Shown in pieces: positions 1-11,921 of a DNA stretch of 64,000 bases; the first letter of the stretch is position 1, and the number at the start of each line of letters is the position of its first letter. Under the pieces are notes generated by a model. It did not search any database, was not told the DNA's origin, and worked only from the letters and a program-made list of their open reading frames with translations. The position numbers and the translations under genes were made by a program. Source of the stretch: an uncultured Spirochaetota bacterium (GTDB taxonomy: Bacteria > Spirochaetota > Spirochaetia > SZUA-6 > Fen-1364); the NCBI GenBank assembly GCA_963820525.1, contig CAWGAA010000002.1, forward strand, positions 384,001-448,000. Direction: 5' to 3'.

Positions 1-273
1 GCGGACTGATCGGGGGGATTGATTATTGAGCCGAGATCGGCTACTCTGTAGCAGTTCTGATGGGAGGGGACTGGCGGAAGGGATAGTGACCGCCGGTCCT
101 AGGGTTATCGCCGCTCCCGGCGAGTCTGCGTGGAAGGAAAGGGGAGCGGGACGCAGCCCTGGGGTTCCAGTGGTACTGGAGTGCCGGATGGCAAATCTCG
201 GCACAGCGGGCTGGAAGACCGACTAAAAGGGCAGACAGATACTCCAGATCCCCAGATTCGGAAGAAGAGGGGA

Positions 274-302
274 TTGACTTTTTTTTTGTGCGGTATTACT
301 TT
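274..302 (+). promoter_or_regulatory. sigma70-type promoter of the str operon (TTGACT-N17-TACTTT)
   Basis: -35 at 274-279 and -10 at 297-302, 17-bp spacer, in an AT-rich patch upstream of rpsL. Confidence 0.65.
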
Positions 303-420
303 TGTTATCCGCACGCGCGCTAAAAATCGGGCAAAAAGAGGCATGGACGATACCTCCCGGCGGGGGGAGATATCCGGCCGTGACTCTTGGCGCCCAGCAG
401 GAAGGTAATGGAAGAGGCTT

Positions 421-795
421 ATGCCGACGATCAATCAGCTTGTACGCATGGGACGCAAGGCGATACACAAGAAGACCAAGTCCCCCGCCCTCCAGAACTG
501 CCCCCAGAAACGGGGGGTCTGCACGCGCGTCATGACGGTGACGCCCAAGAAGCCGAACTCGGCTCTGCGCAAGGTTGCGCGCGTACGACTGACAAATGGA
601 ATCGACGTTACGGCCTATATTCCGGGAATCGGGCATAACCTTCAGGAACACTCCGTCGTGCTGATCCGCGGCGGAAGGGTGAAGGACCTCCCCGGCGTTC
701 GCTACCACATCATCCGGGGAGCCAAGGATACCCTTGGAGTCGAGGATCGCAAGAAGGCCCGCTCCAAGTACGGGACCAAGAGACCGAAGGCGTAG
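421..795 (+). CDS. rpsL: 30S ribosomal protein S12
   Basis: MPTINQLVR...[10 protein letters not shown]...[10 protein letters not shown]. Confidence 0.99.
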   Translation: MPTINQLVRMGRKAIHKKTKSPALQNCPQKRGVCTRVMTVTPKKPNSALRKVARVRLTNGIDVTAYIPGIGHNLQEHSVVLIRGGRVKDLPGVRYHIIRGAKDTLGVEDRKKARSKYGTKRPKA

Positions 796-811
796 GAGGA
801 GAGGGAACGCA

Positions 812-1285
812 ATGCCGAGAGGGCAGCTGATTCGAAGAAAGAAGATTGTTCTTGATCCCCGGCATCATAATGCGGTCCTGGGAAAGTTCATGACGCGCAT
901 GATGATCAGGGGCAAGAGGAGCGTTTCCTCGGGTATCCTCTACGATGCTCTCGAAATCATCCAGAAGAAGGTTGCCGGCAAGGATCCCGTCGAGGTTTTC
1001 CTCAAGGCGTTGGAGAACGTGAAGCCGGTGGTCGAGGTGAAGTCGCGCCGCGTGGGGGGCGCAACGCTTCAGGTGCCGGTCGAGATCCGGGAGGACAGGA
1101 GAGACGCGCTCGCCATGCGCTGGATCATTTCCTACTCGCGTGCGCGCCACGGGCGGACGATGGGAGACAAGCTCGCCGCCGAGATCGTTGACGCATTTAA
1201 CAACACGGGTTCCGCGGTCAAGAAAAAGGAAGACACCCACAAAATGGCGGAGGCGAACAAGGCGTTTGCCCATTACCGCTGGTAA
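812..1285 (+). CDS. rpsG: 30S ribosomal protein S7
   Basis: MPR...[11 protein letters not shown]...[15 protein letters not shown] 812 follows a purine-rich SD. Confidence 0.98.
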   Translation: MPRGQLIRRKKIVLDPRHHNAVLGKFMTRMMIRGKRSVSSGILYDALEIIQKKVAGKDPVEVFLKALENVKPVVEVKSRRVGGATLQVPVEIREDRRDALAMRWIISYSRARHGRTMGDKLAAEIVDAFNNTGSAVKKKEDTHKMAEANKAFAHYRW

Positions 1286-1308
1286 GCGGTAGGTGTCTTC
1301 CTAAAGCC

Positions 1309-3396
1309 ATGGAATCGCGTGTACCCCTGTCGTCGATCCGCAATATCGGGATAATGGCCCATATTGATGCCGGCAAGACGACGACGACGGAAAGGATTCT
1401 CTACTATACCGGCAGGACCCACAAGTTGGGCGAAGTCCATGACGGCGAAGCCAAGATGGACTGGATGGAGCTTGAAAAAGAGCGCGGCATCACCATTACG
1501 GCGGCCGCGACCTTTTGCACCTGGCGGGGTGTGCAGATCAACATCATCGACACCCCGGGCCACGTCGACTTCACGGTCGAGGTGGAACGATCTTTGAGAG
1601 TATTAGACGGAGCGATCGGAGTCTTCTGCGCCGTTGCGGGCGTGGAGCCTCAGAGCGAGACCGTGTGGAAGCAGGCCAACCGTTACGAAGTACCGCGCCT
1701 GGCGTTCATCAACAAGATGGACCGGGTGGGGGCGCGCTTCTCCGAGGTCGTGCAGGAAATGCACACCAAGCTGGGAGCCAACGCCATCCCCATACAGCTT
1801 CCCATAGGAGCCGAGGCCGATTTCATGGGCGTGGTGGACCTGGTGGGGATGAAGGCCCTGGTCTGGGACGAGGACACGCTGGGCGCCCACTACCGCGAGG
1901 AGGAGATCCCCGCGGACATGGCGGCCGACGCCCAGAGGGCACGCATATTCCTCCTGGAAAAGCTCTCCGAGGTGGACGACGCCTTCATGGCCGAGTACCT
2001 GGAGGGCAATGAGATCCCGCAAGAGGCGGTCAAGGCCGTATTACGGAAGGCCGTTGTCCTGGGCAAGGTGTTCCCCGTTCTCTGTGGAACGGCCTTCAAG
2101 AATAAGGGGATACAACCCCTCCTGGACGCCGTGGTCGACTACCTGCCTTCCCCAATGGACATCTCCCCCGCGACGGGCATGGTCCCCGAGACGGGAGACT
2201 ACGTGGAGAAGCCGCCGGTGGACAGCGAGCCCTTTGCGGCGCTGGCTTTCAAGATCATGACCGACCCGTACGTGGGCAAGCTCACCTTCTTCCGCGTGTA
2301 CTCCGGGTCCTTGAGATCCGGCTCGTACATCTACAACGCGACCGCGGACAAGCGGGAGCGGGTGGCGCGGCTTCTTCGGATGCACGCCAACGAGCGGGAG
2401 GAGATCAAGGAGGTCAACCCCGGCGACATAGCCGCCGCCGTGGGATTGAAGAAGACGACGACGGGAGACACCCTCTGCGACGAGGATCATCTGGTGATAC
2501 TCGAGAGCATGGTGTTCCCCGATCCGGTCGTGTCCGTCGCCATCGAGCCGAAGACCAAGGCGGACGAGGAAAAGCTCGTCAGCGCCCTCACCAAGCTCTC
2601 CGAGGAGGATCCGACCTTCAAGATCCGCTACGACAGGGAGACGGGGCAGACGATCATCTGGGGCATGGGCGAGCTCCACCTGGAGGTCCTCGTTGAAAGG
2701 GCCTTCCGGGAGTTCAGCGTGGCCGCCAACGTCGGCAGGCCGGAAGTGGCGTTCCGCGAGACGATCACCCAGTCGGCGGAAGCCGAGGGGAAGTTCATCA
2801 AGCAGACCGGAGGCCACGGACAGTACGGGCACGTGATCATGTCCTTCGAGCCGCTTCCTCCGGGAACCGGGTTCGCCTTCGAGAACAAGGTCATGGGCGG
2901 CCGGGTTCCGCGGGAGTACATCCCCGCGGTGGAGAAGGGGGTCCGCGAGGCCATGGAGAACGGAGTGCTCGCCGGCTATCCCATGGTGGACTTCCGGGCG
3001 ACGCTCCTGGACGGTTCGTACCACGACGTGGATTCGAGCGAGCTCGCGTTCAAGGTCGCGGCTTCGATGGCATACAAGGCGGGGCTTGCAAAAGCCAAAC
3101 CGACTATCCTTGAGCCGATCATGGCTGTGGAGTGCGCCAGTCCTGAAGAGTACCTCGGAGATGTCATCTCCGACTTCAGCGCGCGCATGGGTCACGTGGA
3201 AGGAATAGAGGATCGGCATGGGAGTAAGGTGGTGAAGGCCCTCGTACCCTTACGGTCGATGTTCGGGTACACAACCTCACTTCGCTCGATGACCAAAGGT
3301 CGAGCCACCCACACCATGCAATTCTCCCACTACCAGGAGACCCCTCGATCGATCCAGGAGGAGCTGGTCGAAAAGGTCCGCGGCTCGAAGAAATAG
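1309..3396 (+). CDS. fusA: Elongation factor G
   Basis: [39 protein letters not shown]; str operon position. Confidence 0.98.
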   Translation: MESRVPLSSIRNIGIMAHIDAGKTTTTERILYYTGRTHKLGEVHDGEAKMDWMELEKERGITITAAATFCTWRGVQINIIDTPGHVDFTVEVERSLRVLDGAIGVFCAVAGVEPQSETVWKQANRYEVPRLAFINKMDRVGARFSEVVQEMHTKLGANAIPIQLPIGAEADFMGVVDLVGMKALVWDEDTLGAHYREEEIPADMAADAQRARIFLLEKLSEVDDAFMAEYLEGNEIPQEAVKAVLRKAVVLGKVFPVLCGTAFKNKGIQPLLDAVVDYLPSPMDISPATGMVPETGDYVEKPPVDSEPFAALAFKIMTDPYVGKLTFFRVYSGSLRSGSYIYNATADKRERVARLLRMHANEREEIKEVNPGDIAAAVGLKKTTTGDTLCDEDHLVILESMVFPDPVVSVAIEPKTKADEEKLVSALTKLSEEDPTFKIRYDRETGQTIIWGMGELHLEVLVERAFREFSVAANVGRPEVAFRETITQSAEAEGKFIKQTGGHGQYGHVIMSFEPLPPGTGFAFENKVMGGRVPREYIPAVEKGVREAMENGVLAGYPMVDFRATLLDGSYHDVDSSELAFKVAASMAYKAGLAKAKPTILEPIMAVECASPEEYLGDVISDFSARMGHVEGIEDRHGSKVVKALVPLRSMFGYTTSLRSMTKGRATHTMQFSHYQETPRSIQEELVEKVRGSKK

Positions 3397-3532
3397 AGCG
3401 CGGGCCCTCGTGATCCAGGCGCCGGGAGGCGCGTGGATCTGACAGGGGATTTTCGCTCGGACGCGCAGCGGCGCGCGCGGGCGCTGACGCTAGGGACAGA
3501 GCAGACGTCAATAGCTTTCAAGGAGGAGCTGT

Positions 3533-4726
3533 ATGGCGAAGGAGAAATTCGTACGGTCGAAGCCTCATATCAACGTGGGGACCATCGGTCACATCGACCA
3601 TGGAAAGACAACCCTCACGGCTGCCATCACCATGTACTGCAACAAGAAGTTCGGTGACAAGCTGATGAAGTATGAGGACATCGATAATGCCCCGGAAGAG
3701 AAGGCGCGGGGTATCACGATCAACACGCGGCACGTCGAGTACCAGTCGGAGAAGCGCCACTACGCCCACATCGACTGCCCGGGGCACGCGGACTATATCA
3801 AGAACATGATCACGGGCGCGGCCCAGATGGACGGCGCCGTGCTTGTCGTTTCCGCCCCGGACTCGGTCATGCCCCAGACCCGCGAGCATATCCTCCTGGC
3901 CCGCCAGGTCGGCGTGCCCGCCATCATCGTGTTCCTCAACAAGGTGGACATGGTGGACGATCCGGAGCTGATCGAGCTTGTCGAGGTGGAGATCCGCGAC
4001 GTTCTGAAGTTCTACAACTTCCCGGGGGACAAGATCCCCATCGTCAAGGGATCTGCCCTGAAGGCAATGGAGCATCCCGAGGTGGAAGAGAACGTCAAGT
4101 GCATCAAGGAGCTTCTCACCACCATGGACGAGTATTTCCCGATCCCCGTGCGCCCCGTTGAAAAGCCGTTCCTGATGCCCATCGAGGACGTGTTCTCCAT
4201 CTCCGGCCGCGGCACGGTCGTCACCGGGAGAGTCGGGACGGGCGTCGTGCACATCGGCGACGAGTGCGAGATCGTCGGGATCAAGGATACCAGGAAGACC
4301 GTCGTGACCGGCGTCGAGATGTTCAACAAGACCCTCGATGAAGGGCAGGCGGGAGACAACATCGGAACCCTCCTGCGCGGAATTGAAAAGAACGAGGTCG
4401 AGCGCGGCCAGGTTCTGGCCAAGCCGGGCAGCATCACCCCGCACAAGAAGTTCAAGTGCCAGATGATCGCGCTCACGAAGGAAGAGGGCGGAAGGCACTC
4501 TCCCTTCTTCACCGGCTATCGGCCCCAGTTCTATTTCCGCACCACGGACGTCACGGCTTCCGTCACGCTTCCGGAGGGCAAGCAGATGGTCATGCCGGGC
4601 GACAACGTCGACGGCATCATCGTGGAGCTGATCTACCCCATCGCCATGGACAAGGGGCTTCAGTTCGCCATCCGCGAAGGTGGAAAGACCGTCGGCGCCG
4701 GGGTTGTCACGGAGATCATCGAGTAA
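3533..4726 (+). CDS. tuf: Elongation factor Tu
   Basis: [35 protein letters not shown]. Confidence 0.99.
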   Translation: MAKEKFVRSKPHINVGTIGHIDHGKTTLTAAITMYCNKKFGDKLMKYEDIDNAPEEKARGITINTRHVEYQSEKRHYAHIDCPGHADYIKNMITGAAQMDGAVLVVSAPDSVMPQTREHILLARQVGVPAIIVFLNKVDMVDDPELIELVEVEIRDVLKFYNFPGDKIPIVKGSALKAMEHPEVEENVKCIKELLTTMDEYFPIPVRPVEKPFLMPIEDVFSISGRGTVVTGRVGTGVVHIGDECEIVGIKDTRKTVVTGVEMFNKTLDEGQAGDNIGTLLRGIEKNEVERGQVLAKPGSITPHKKFKCQMIALTKEEGGRHSPFFTGYRPQFYFRTTDVTASVTLPEGKQMVMPGDNVDGIIVELIYPIAMDKGLQFAIREGGKTVGAGVVTEIIE

Positions 4727-4859
4727 GTACGGACCGGGGGTCGGCCTTGCGGCATGCGGCATATCGCCGCGGGCTTCCGCAGCGCCGCAGGGCATGAAAG
4801 CGACGAGCCCGTCGCGCTTTGCGCGCGGGACGCCGCCGGGCGAGGAATGGGAGAGTCAC

Positions 4860-5168
4860 ATGGCTAGGGAAAGGATCCGCGTACGCCTGAGAGGGTTCGA
4901 CGTGGAACTCATCGATCAAAGCGCGAAGTCGATCGTGCAGACCGTCTTGAAGGCGGGCTCGAAGGTGTCGGGGCCCATACCGCTGCCGATGAAGATCAAC
5001 AAATTCACGGTCCTGCGGTCTCCCCACGTGCACAAGAAGAGCCGCGAGCAATTCGAGATGCGCACCCATAAGAGGCTCATCGACATCCTCGAACCGACTC
5101 CCGCGGTCATGGACGCCCTGATGCGCCTCGAGCTCCCAGCAGGCGTGGACGTCGAGATCAAGCAGTGA
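4860..5168 (+). CDS. rpsJ: 30S ribosomal protein S10
   Basis: [10 protein letters not shown]...GPIPLP...[19 protein letters not shown]. Confidence 0.98.
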   Translation: MARERIRVRLRGFDVELIDQSAKSIVQTVLKAGSKVSGPIPLPMKINKFTVLRSPHVHKKSREQFEMRTHKRLIDILEPTPAVMDALMRLELPAGVDVEIKQ

Positions 5169-5178
5169 GGCAGATGGA

Positions 5179-5796
5179 ATGCTCGCGCTAATCGGCAGAA
5201 AAATCGGCATGACCCAGCTCTTCAATGAAGAGGGCATGCGCGTACCCCTCAGTGTCGTCGAGGTCGAGCCGAACACGGTGGTCCAGGAGCGAACGCCGGA
5301 GAAGAACGGCTACAAGGCCATGGTCATCGGCGTGGAAGCCCTCAAGAAATCACGCATCAAGAAGCCCTACGCGGGTCAGTTCCCGCAGGCGAGCGATCCG
5401 ACGCGGTTCCTCATGGAGTTCAAGGACTTCGACAAGGAATGCAAGGTGGGCGACAAGCTCGGCGTGGAGATCTTCGAGGGGGTGAGTTTCGTGGACGTGC
5501 GCGGCACCACGAAGGGAAAGGGGTTCCAGGGCGTCGTGCGCAGGCACGGCTTCCAGGGAGGCCCCGGGGCGCACGGCTCGAAGTTCCACAGGGAAATGGG
5601 ATCCGTGGGAACCGGAGCCTTCAGGAAGATCATCAAGGGCTCCCGGATGCCGGGCCACATGGGCGCGGCCCGTCTCACCGTGCAGAACCTGAGGCTCTTC
5701 AAGATCGACGCGGAAAAGCGGCTCCTCCTCATCAGGGGCGCCATCCCCGGGCGGCGCGGCGGCATGGTCGTCGTGTTGAAGGCCGTCAAGAAGTAG
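5179..5796 (+). CDS. rplC: 50S ribosomal protein L3
   Basis: [10 protein letters not shown]...[14 protein letters not shown]...MPGHMG. Confidence 0.98.
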   Translation: MLALIGRKIGMTQLFNEEGMRVPLSVVEVEPNTVVQERTPEKNGYKAMVIGVEALKKSRIKKPYAGQFPQASDPTRFLMEFKDFDKECKVGDKLGVEIFEGVSFVDVRGTTKGKGFQGVVRRHGFQGGPGAHGSKFHREMGSVGTGAFRKIIKGSRMPGHMGAARLTVQNLRLFKIDAEKRLLLIRGAIPGRRGGMVVVLKAVKK

Positions 5797-5808
5797 GGGA
5801 GGGCAGGT

Positions 5809-6675
5809 ATGAAGAGTCAGGTTTACGGATTGGATGGAAACGCGGCTGGGGAGATCGAGCTCGCCGACGAGGTGTTCAACCGCGAGGTGAGCGAGGGCTC
5901 CATCTACCACGCCATCAGAAACGAGGCCGCAAACCGCAGGGTGGGGACCGCTTCCATCAAGGATCGCGGCGAGGTCCAGGGCAGCGGCAAGAAGCCCTGG
6001 AAGCAGAAGGGCACCGGCCGCGCCCGCGCGGGGCACAAGAGGTCTCCCATATGGGTCGGCGGAGGAAAGGTCTTCGGGCCGAAGCCCCGGGACTACGGCT
6101 ACAGCCTCCCGCGCAAGGTGAAGAGGCTCGCCATCAAGTCCATTCTTTCCTTGAAAAATAAGAGCGACGCCTTGAAGGTTGTGACGGACTTCTCCGTGGA
6201 GAGCGGCAAGACCAAGGATCTCGTCACCAGCCTCAAGAAGCTCGCCGCGGAGGAGAGGACCGTCATCATCCTCAAGGATGACGACGCCATGATGCGGAGG
6301 GCCGGACGCAACGTTCCCTGGCTCAACCTCCTCAGCTACAACCGCCTCGAGGCGCATGACCTGTTCTACGCCAGGAAGCTCCTCCTTCTCGAGACGGCGG
6401 CACTGAAGCTGAATGATTTTTATCGCGACGCCGAAGGCGGAGCGAAGCGCGCTCGAGGCAGGGCTGAGAGCGCGCATGAGGAGGCCGCATCCGGCGGGGC
6501 CGCCGCGGGCGGCGCGACTCGCGTGCGACGCGAGGCCAAGAAAGCGTCCGCCAAAGCTGCGGGCAAGGCAAAGAGCGCGCCAAAGGCGAAAGCCGCGAAG
6601 GCGCCCGCCAAGGCCGCCGGCAAGCCCAAGAGCTCGCCCAAGGCGAAGGACGACAAGAAGGGGGCCAAGGAATGA
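5809..6675 (+). CDS. rplD: 50S ribosomal protein L4 with an ~80-aa Lys/Ala-rich C-terminal extension
   Basis: GSGKKPWKQKGTGRARAG...FGPKPRDY. Confidence 0.97.
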   Translation: MKSQVYGLDGNAAGEIELADEVFNREVSEGSIYHAIRNEAANRRVGTASIKDRGEVQGSGKKPWKQKGTGRARAGHKRSPIWVGGGKVFGPKPRDYGYSLPRKVKRLAIKSILSLKNKSDALKVVTDFSVESGKTKDLVTSLKKLAAEERTVIILKDDDAMMRRAGRNVPWLNLLSYNRLEAHDLFYARKLLLLETAALKLNDFYRDAEGGAKRARGRAESAHEEAASGGAAAGGATRVRREAKKASAKAAGKAKSAPKAKAAKAPAKAAGKPKSSPKAKDDKKGAKE

Positions 6676-6956
6676 CCCTTGAGCGGATCGTGATCGCGCC
6701 GGTTGTCACGGAGAAGACGAACATCATGAGGGAGAGCCACAAGTACGTTTTCCGCGTGGACAGCCGGGCCAATAAATTCCAGATCATGAAGGCGGTGCGC
6801 GACCTGTACGGAGTTCACCCCCTCGCGTGCAACATCATCAACATCACGCCCAAGCCAAAGAGGGTCCGCTACCGCGAGGGCTATACCTCCGCGTGGAAGA
6901 AGGCGATCGTGACGCTTTCCCGCGAGGAGAAAATCGCCGTCTTCGAAGGCGTGTAG
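6672..6956 (+). CDS. rplW: 50S ribosomal protein L23
   Basis: PVVTEK...ANKFQI...WKKAIVTL; ATGA overlap with rplD. Confidence 0.97.
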   Translation: MTLERIVIAPVVTEKTNIMRESHKYVFRVDSRANKFQIMKAVRDLYGVHPLACNIINITPKPKRVRYREGYTSAWKKAIVTLSREEKIAVFEGV

Positions 6957-6977
6957 GTGAGAGAGGAATAAACAGCC

Positions 6978-7802
6978 GTGGGTATCAAGAAATACAGGCC
7001 GCTCACCCCGGGATTGCGCTTCAAAACGAGCCTCACTTTCAATGAGATCACGAAGAAGACGCCCGAGAAGGCCCTCAGCAGGGGAAAGCCGAAGAACGCG
7101 GGCAGGGGCGCGGGCGGACGCATCAGCGTACGCAGGAAGGGCGGGGGGCATAAGCGCAGGTACCGACAGGTCGATTTCCGCCGCGACAAGATCGGCATCC
7201 CCGCGAAGGTCGCTGCGATCGAGTATGACCCCAACAGGAGCAGCCTCATAGCGCTTCTCGTCTACAAGGACGGCGAAAAAAGGTACATCCTCGCCCCTGA
7301 AGGCCTCACCGTCGGAAAGAGCGTGGTGAGCGGCCCCGATGCTTCCTTCGACGTGGGAAATACTCTTCCCTTGGAGAAGATCCCCCTCGGGATGATGATC
7401 CACAACATCGAGCTGAACCTCGGCAGGGGCGGCCAGATGGCCCGCTCCGCCGGAACGAGCGCCACCATCGTCGCCAAGGAAGGCAACTACGTCACCGTGC
7501 GGCTGCCCTCGGGCGAGATGCGCCAGGTGAACAAGAGATGCTCCGCCACCATCGGAGAGCTGGGCAACAAGGATCACATGAACGTCTCCCTGGGAAAGGC
7601 GGGACGCTCCCGGTGGCTGGGCAGACGCCCCAAGGTGCGCGGTACCGCGATGAACCCGGTGGACCATCCCCATGGCGGAGGCGAAGGAAAGACCAAGGGC
7701 GGGCGTCACCCCGTGAGTCCCTGGGGCCAGCCGACCAAGGGCTACAAGACGCGCAAGAAGCGCAACGTCTCCAGTCGCTTCATCGTGAAGAGAAGGAAAT
7801 AG
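6978..7802 (+). CDS. rplB: 50S ribosomal protein L2
   Basis: [29 protein letters not shown] start. Confidence 0.99.
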   Translation: MGIKKYRPLTPGLRFKTSLTFNEITKKTPEKALSRGKPKNAGRGAGGRISVRRKGGGHKRRYRQVDFRRDKIGIPAKVAAIEYDPNRSSLIALLVYKDGEKRYILAPEGLTVGKSVVSGPDASFDVGNTLPLEKIPLGMMIHNIELNLGRGGQMARSAGTSATIVAKEGNYVTVRLPSGEMRQVNKRCSATIGELGNKDHMNVSLGKAGRSRWLGRRPKVRGTAMNPVDHPHGGGEGKTKGGRHPVSPWGQPTKGYKTRKKRNVSSRFIVKRRK

Positions 7803-7813
7803 GGGGAGCGGAA

Positions 7814-8095
7814 GTGTCGCGATCGATCAAGAAGGGACCGTTCATCGCCAAGAGCCTTTACAAGCAGGTGGTGGACATGAACAAGAGCGGCGAGAAGAGG
7901 ATGGTGAAGACCTACTCCCGCTGCTCCACGATCATCCCCGAGATGGTCGGATACACGATCTCGGTGTACAACGGCAAGACCTTCGTGCCCGTGTACGTCA
8001 CCGAGAACCTCGTGGGCCACAAGCTGGGTGAGTTCTCCCCCACCCGGATCTTCCGCGGCCACTCCGGCTCGGACAAGAAGGTGGTGAAGAAATGA
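7814..8095 (+). CDS. rpsS: 30S ribosomal protein S19
   Basis: GTG start; SRSIKKGPF...[11 protein letters not shown]. Confidence 0.98.
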   Translation: MSRSIKKGPFIAKSLYKQVVDMNKSGEKRMVKTYSRCSTIIPEMVGYTISVYNGKTFVPVYVTENLVGHKLGEFSPTRIFRGHSGSDKKVVKK

Positions 8096-8544
8096 GCAAG
8101 GACCAGACAGCAGGCGCGGCGGACGCCAAGACACCGGCCAAGACGCCGGCCAAGACCGCCAGGCCCCCGCGGAAGACGGGCTTCCGCGCGAACGTCCCCT
8201 TCCTGCGGGTATCGCCCACCAAGGTCCGGCGGATCGCGGACCACCTCAGAAGGAAGCCGTACGTCGAGGCGATTGCCCTGCTGGACGTGCTGCCCCACAA
8301 GGGCGCGCGCCTGCTCAAGAAGGTGATCCAGTCCGCGGCGGCCAACGCCCTTGCCCAGAACAAGGCTCTCGACGAGCAGATGCTCTACATCAAGGAGCTC
8401 CTGATCGACGGGGGGCCGACAATGAAGCGCATGTGGGCCCGCGGGCGCGGCCGCGCCGACAGGCTCCTGAAGCGAAGCTGCCACATCTCGGTCATCGTGG
8501 ACGAGATCGGTCGGAAAGAGGTGACCAATGGGTCAGAAGGTTAA
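8092..8544 (+). CDS. rplV: 50S ribosomal protein L22 with N-terminal extension
   Basis: [12 protein letters not shown]...[15 protein letters not shown]. Confidence 0.96.
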   Translation: MSKDQTAGAADAKTPAKTPAKTARPPRKTGFRANVPFLRVSPTKVRRIADHLRRKPYVEAIALLDVLPHKGARLLKKVIQSAAANALAQNKALDEQMLYIKELLIDGGPTMKRMWARGRGRADRLLKRSCHISVIVDEIGRKEVTNGSEG

Positions 8545-9298
8545 TCCGATAGGGCTGCGCCTGGGCATCAACAAGTCCTGGCTCTCCCGCTGGTTCGTGG
8601 ACCCCAAGCTCTACGCGGAAACTCTCCATGAGGACCTGCGCCTCAGGAAGACGATCATCGCCGCGGAGGAGACCAAGGGATCCGATATCGCGGAGGTGGA
8701 GATCATCCGCCATCCCCAGCGCGTGACCGTCATCATCCATACGGGAAGGCCCGGGGTGCTCATCGGCGCCAAGGGCGCCAACATTGAAAAGCTGGGCGGG
8801 AGGCTTCAGAGGCTCATCGGCAAGAAGATCCAGCTCAGAATCAAGGAGATCAAACGGCCGGAGATGAACTCCAAGCTGGTTGCCGAGAATATCGGCCGCC
8901 AGATCAAGGGACGCGCCTCCTACCGCAGGGCGGCCAAGATGGCCATCTCCAACGCGATGAAGGCCGGCGTGCAGGGGATCAAGGTCAAGATCGCCGGACG
9001 GCTTTCCGGCGCCGAAATGGCCCGCCGCGAGGAGTTCAAGGAGGGGCGGATCCCTCTCCATACGTTCCGCGCCGACATCGACTACGGAACGGCCACGGCC
9101 ATCACCACCTTCGGCTGCGTCGGGATCAAGGTCTGGATATTCAACGGCGAGGTGTTCGGCCACGAGAAAAAGGACGACGCGGGGCTCCTGGTCAGGCGCG
9201 GCGGGCGCGAAGGGCGCGATGGCCGTGACGGCAGGGACGGCAGGGACGGCAGGGACGGCAGGGACAGGGACCGCGACCGCGGCGAGAGGCAGGAGTGA
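8528..9298 (+). CDS. rpsC: 30S ribosomal protein S3
   Basis: [13 protein letters not shown]...[15 protein letters not shown]-terminal (GRD)n tail. Confidence 0.98.
   Translation: MGQKVNPIGLRLGINKSWLSRWFVDPKLYAETLHEDLRLRKTIIAAEETKGSDIAEVEIIRHPQRVTVIIHTGRPGVLIGAKGANIEKLGGRLQRLIGKKIQLRIKEIKRPEMNSKLVAENIGRQIKGRASYRRAAKMAISNAMKAGVQGIKVKIAGRLSGAEMARREEFKEGRIPLHTFRADIDYGTATAITTFGCVGIKVWIFNGEVFGHEKKDDAGLLVRRGGREGRDGRDGRDGRDGRDGRDRDRDRGERQE
9203..9280 (+). repeat. 9-bp coding tandem repeat (GGCAGGGAC-like, Gly-Arg-Asp) in the rpsC tail
   Basis: Four exact GGCAGGGAC copies plus degenerate flanking units. Confidence 0.85.
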
Positions 9299-9306
9299 GA
9301 TAAGCC

Positions 9307-9723
9307 ATGCTGAGCCCTAAGAGAACGAAATTCAGGAAGCAGCAGCGGGGGCGGATGAAGGGCCGGGCCACCCGGTGCACCGAGATTTCCTTCGGAGACT
9401 TCGGCCTCATGGCATTGGAACCGCATTGGATCACAAACCGGCAGATCGAGGCTGCGCGTATCGCCATCACCCGCCACATCAAGCGCGGCGGCAAGGTGTG
9501 GATCCGCATCTTCCCGGACATGCCCTACACGAAGAAGCCGGCGGAAACCCGCATGGGAAAGGGCAAGGGAAGCCCGGAATACTGGGTGGCCGTCGTGAAG
9601 CCGGGCACCGTGATGTTCGAGCTTTCCGGGGTCAGCCGGGAGATGGCTGAAGAGGCGATGAAGAGGGCGGGGAGCAAGCTCCCGATAAAGACGAAGTTCC
9701 TCTCGAGAGCGAGCGGGGAGTGA
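9307..9723 (+). CDS. rplP: 50S ribosomal protein L16
   Basis: PKRTKFRK...ETRMGKGKG. Confidence 0.99.
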   Translation: MLSPKRTKFRKQQRGRMKGRATRCTEISFGDFGLMALEPHWITNRQIEAARIAITRHIKRGGKVWIRIFPDMPYTKKPAETRMGKGKGSPEYWVAVVKPGTVMFELSGVSREMAEEAMKRAGSKLPIKTKFLSRASGE

Positions 9724-9727
9724 TGTC

Positions 9728-9949
9728 ATGAAGGATTCATTCAAGGACCTGACGATGGAGGAGCTGATGGTGAAGCGGGAGGAGCTGCGAAAGCAGTACA
9801 ACGACATCTGCTTCAACGCCATCATCGGGCACGTCGACAACCCCCTGGTGGAAAGGACCATGCGCCGCAAGCTTGCCCGGGTATACACCCTCATCCACGA
9901 GTTCGAGACGGGAAAGCGCGCGCCGGCGCAAAAGAAGGGCGAAGGGTAG
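9728..9949 (+). CDS. rpmC: 50S ribosomal protein L29
   Basis: Position between rplP and rps[20 protein letters not shown]. Confidence 0.92.
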   Translation: MKDSFKDLTMEELMVKREELRKQYNDICFNAIIGHVDNPLVERTMRRKLARVYTLIHEFETGKRAPAQKKGEG

Positions 9950-9953
9950 ATCA

Positions 9954-10217
9954 GTGGCAGAAGAGACGAAGCGGGTGCAGAAGGTCCTCCAGGGCCGCGT
10001 GGTAAGCGACAAGATGAAGAAGACCATCGTGGTGGAGATCCAGCAGCGCAAGCTCCACAGGCTGTACAAGAAGTACCTCACGCGCACGAAGCGGATCAAG
10101 GCGCACGACGAGAACAACGATTGCAAGGTTGGCGACGTTGTCCGCGTGGTGGACGCCAGGCCGCTCAGCAGGGAGAAGAGGTGGCGCCTGCTCGAGATCG
10201 TCGAGAGGGCGAGGTAA
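9954..10217 (+). CDS. rpsQ: 30S ribosomal protein S17
   Basis: GTG start; [14 protein letters not shown]...AHDENN...RPLSREKRW. Confidence 0.97.
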   Translation: MAEETKRVQKVLQGRVVSDKMKKTIVVEIQQRKLHRLYKKYLTRTKRIKAHDENNDCKVGDVVRVVDARPLSREKRWRLLEIVERAR

Positions 10218-10235
10218 GGGAGAGGCGGGGAAGCT

Positions 10236-10605
10236 ATGATCCAGATGAAGACCCTCCTGAACGTCGCCGACAACAGCGGCGCCAAGCAGGTCCAGTGCAT
10301 CAAGGTCCTCGGCGGGACGCGGCGCAAGTACGCCCGCATCGGGGACATCATCGTCGTCGCCGTGAAGGACGCCCTGCCCAACACGCCCATCAAGAAGGGC
10401 GGGATCGAGAAGGCGGTCGTCGTTCGCACGCGCAAGGAGTACAAGAGGCCCGACGGGCACCTTTATCCGCTTCGACGACAATGCGTGCGTCGTGATCGAC
10501 GCGAACAACAACCCGAAGGGAAAGCGAATCTTCGGCCCCGTGGCCCGCGAGCTGCGGGAGAAGGACTTCATGAAGATCGTGTCCCTGGCGCCCGAAGTGC
10601 TGTAG
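10236..10605 (+). CDS. rplN: 50S ribosomal protein L14, interrupted by a +1 frameshift at GGG 10455-10457 (probable sequencing error)
   Basis: N-terminus [11 protein letters not shown]; removing one G restores [15 protein letters not shown]...[11 protein letters not shown]...SLAPEVL* (122 aa). Confidence 0.93.
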
Positions 10606-10609
10606 GAGG

Positions 10610-10948
10610 ATGATGGAGATGGGTGCGCGGACTGAAGAGGCCAAGGTTCGACTGCGGAAGAACGACGTGGTGAAGGTCATCTCCGGCAAGGAGAAGGGCA
10701 AGACCGGCCGGATCCTCAGCATCGAGCGCGACTCGATGCGGGCGGTCGTGGAAGGCCTCAACATGGCGAAGAAGGCCGTCAAGCAGAAGAAGCAGAACCA
10801 GAAGGGGGGGATCACCTCGGTGGAGTCGCCCCTCTCGCTGGCGAAGCTCATGATCCTCTGCAAGAAATGCGGGGCCACGCGGATCGGCTACAGGATCGAC
10901 GGTGAGAAAAAGGTGCGCGTCTGCCGCAAGTGTGGAGGGGAGCTGTGA
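10610..10948 (+). CDS. rplX: 50S ribosomal protein L24
   Basis: [15 protein letters not shown] (KOW motif); start could instead be ATG 10613 or 10619. Confidence 0.96.
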   Translation: MMEMGARTEEAKVRLRKNDVVKVISGKEKGKTGRILSIERDSMRAVVEGLNMAKKAVKQKKQNQKGGITSVESPLSLAKLMILCKKCGATRIGYRIDGEKKVRVCRKCGGEL

Positions 10949-11706
10949 GCAAGGACAAGACCACAGAGGCCATGGAAAACCCGGCCACCGAGGCGGCCCC
11001 GAAGGAGAAGAAGGGGCAGGCGCAGGGCCGGGAGAAAGCCGCCAAGGCCGTAAAGGGAGGCGAGAAACCCGAGCAGAAGGGCAAGGGCGGCAAGGCGGCG
11101 GGCAAAGCGGCGGGAGAAGCCCCGGCGGAGAAGAAGGCGAAGCCTCCCCGCGACCCGGTCGGCTACATCCCCCGGCTGAAGAAGCTCTTCCGCGAGACAG
11201 CGGCAAAGCAGCTTCTGGAGGAGTTCAGCTACAAGACGCCGATGCAGATCCCCCGGCTCACCAAGATCGTGGTGAGCATGGGCCTCGGGGAAGCCATCGC
11301 CAACAAGAAGCTCCTCGAGTCGGCAACGGCGGAGCTCAGCCAGATCACGGGCTTGAAGGCGGTGAGGACCAAGGCCAAGAAATCGATTGCCCAGTTCAAG
11401 GTGCGAAAGGGCATGGAGATCGGCGCCATCGTGACCCTGCGGGGAAACCACATGTACGAGTTCCTCGACAGGCTGATCAACGTGGCCATGCCGCGGATCA
11501 AGGACTTCCGCGGCGCCAACCCCAATGCCTTCGATGGACATGGAAACTACTCTCTGGGAGTGACGGAGCAGATCATTTTCCCGGAGATTGACTATGACAA
11601 GATCGATCGGATCAGCGGCTTGAATGTCGCGATCGTTACAACGGCCCGCACGGACGGGGAGGCGCGCAGCCTCCTCGCGCGGCTGGGCATGCCATTCCGA
11701 AAATAG
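10945..11706 (+). CDS. rplE: 50S ribosomal protein L5 with an ~70-aa N-terminal extension
   Basis: GTGA overlap with rplX stop; PRIKDFRG...[18 protein letters not shown]. Confidence 0.96.
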   Translation: MSKDKTTEAMENPATEAAPKEKKGQAQGREKAAKAVKGGEKPEQKGKGGKAAGKAAGEAPAEKKAKPPRDPVGYIPRLKKLFRETAAKQLLEEFSYKTPMQIPRLTKIVVSMGLGEAIANKKLLESATAELSQITGLKAVRTKAKKSIAQFKVRKGMEIGAIVTLRGNHMYEFLDRLINVAMPRIKDFRGANPNAFDGHGNYSLGVTEQIIFPEIDYDKIDRISGLNVAIVTTARTDGEARSLLARLGMPFRK

Positions 11707-11723
11707 CCAGGAGCGAGAGGAAG

Positions 11724-11909
11724 ATGGCCAGAAAAGCGATGATCATGAAGGCCCTGCGCAAGCCCAAGTACATGAGCCGGCGCGTCAACCGCTGTAAGAT
11801 CTGCGGGCGGCAGAGGGGGTTTATGCGGAAGTTCAGGATGTGCAGGATCTGCTTCCGCGCCTTGGCCAGCGAAGGAAAGCTTCCTGGCGTTACCAAATCG
11901 AGCTGGTAG
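11724..11909 (+). CDS. rpsN: 30S ribosomal protein S14, zinc-binding type Z
   Basis: 61 aa; RCKICG...CRICFR...PGVTKSSW. Confidence 0.97.
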   Translation: MARKAMIMKALRKPKYMSRRVNRCKICGRQRGFMRKFRMCRICFRALASEGKLPGVTKSSW

Positions 11910-11921
11910 GGAGTTGGTGAT

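Noticed and set aside
130..215. c-di-GMP-I riboswitch or RNase P resemblance (GGGACGCA, GGAAAG)
   Set aside because: Key conserved segments are missing or in the wrong order; kept only as a generic structured-RNA candidate.
3060..3330. Internal tuf promoter in the lower-GC 3' end of fusA
   Set aside because: The best pair, TTGCAA/TATCCT, has only a 13-bp spacer.
2041..4795. Long antisense ORFs over fusA and tuf, and similar ones across the ribosomal cluster
   Set aside because: Expected from high GC3 codon bias; no recognisable domains.
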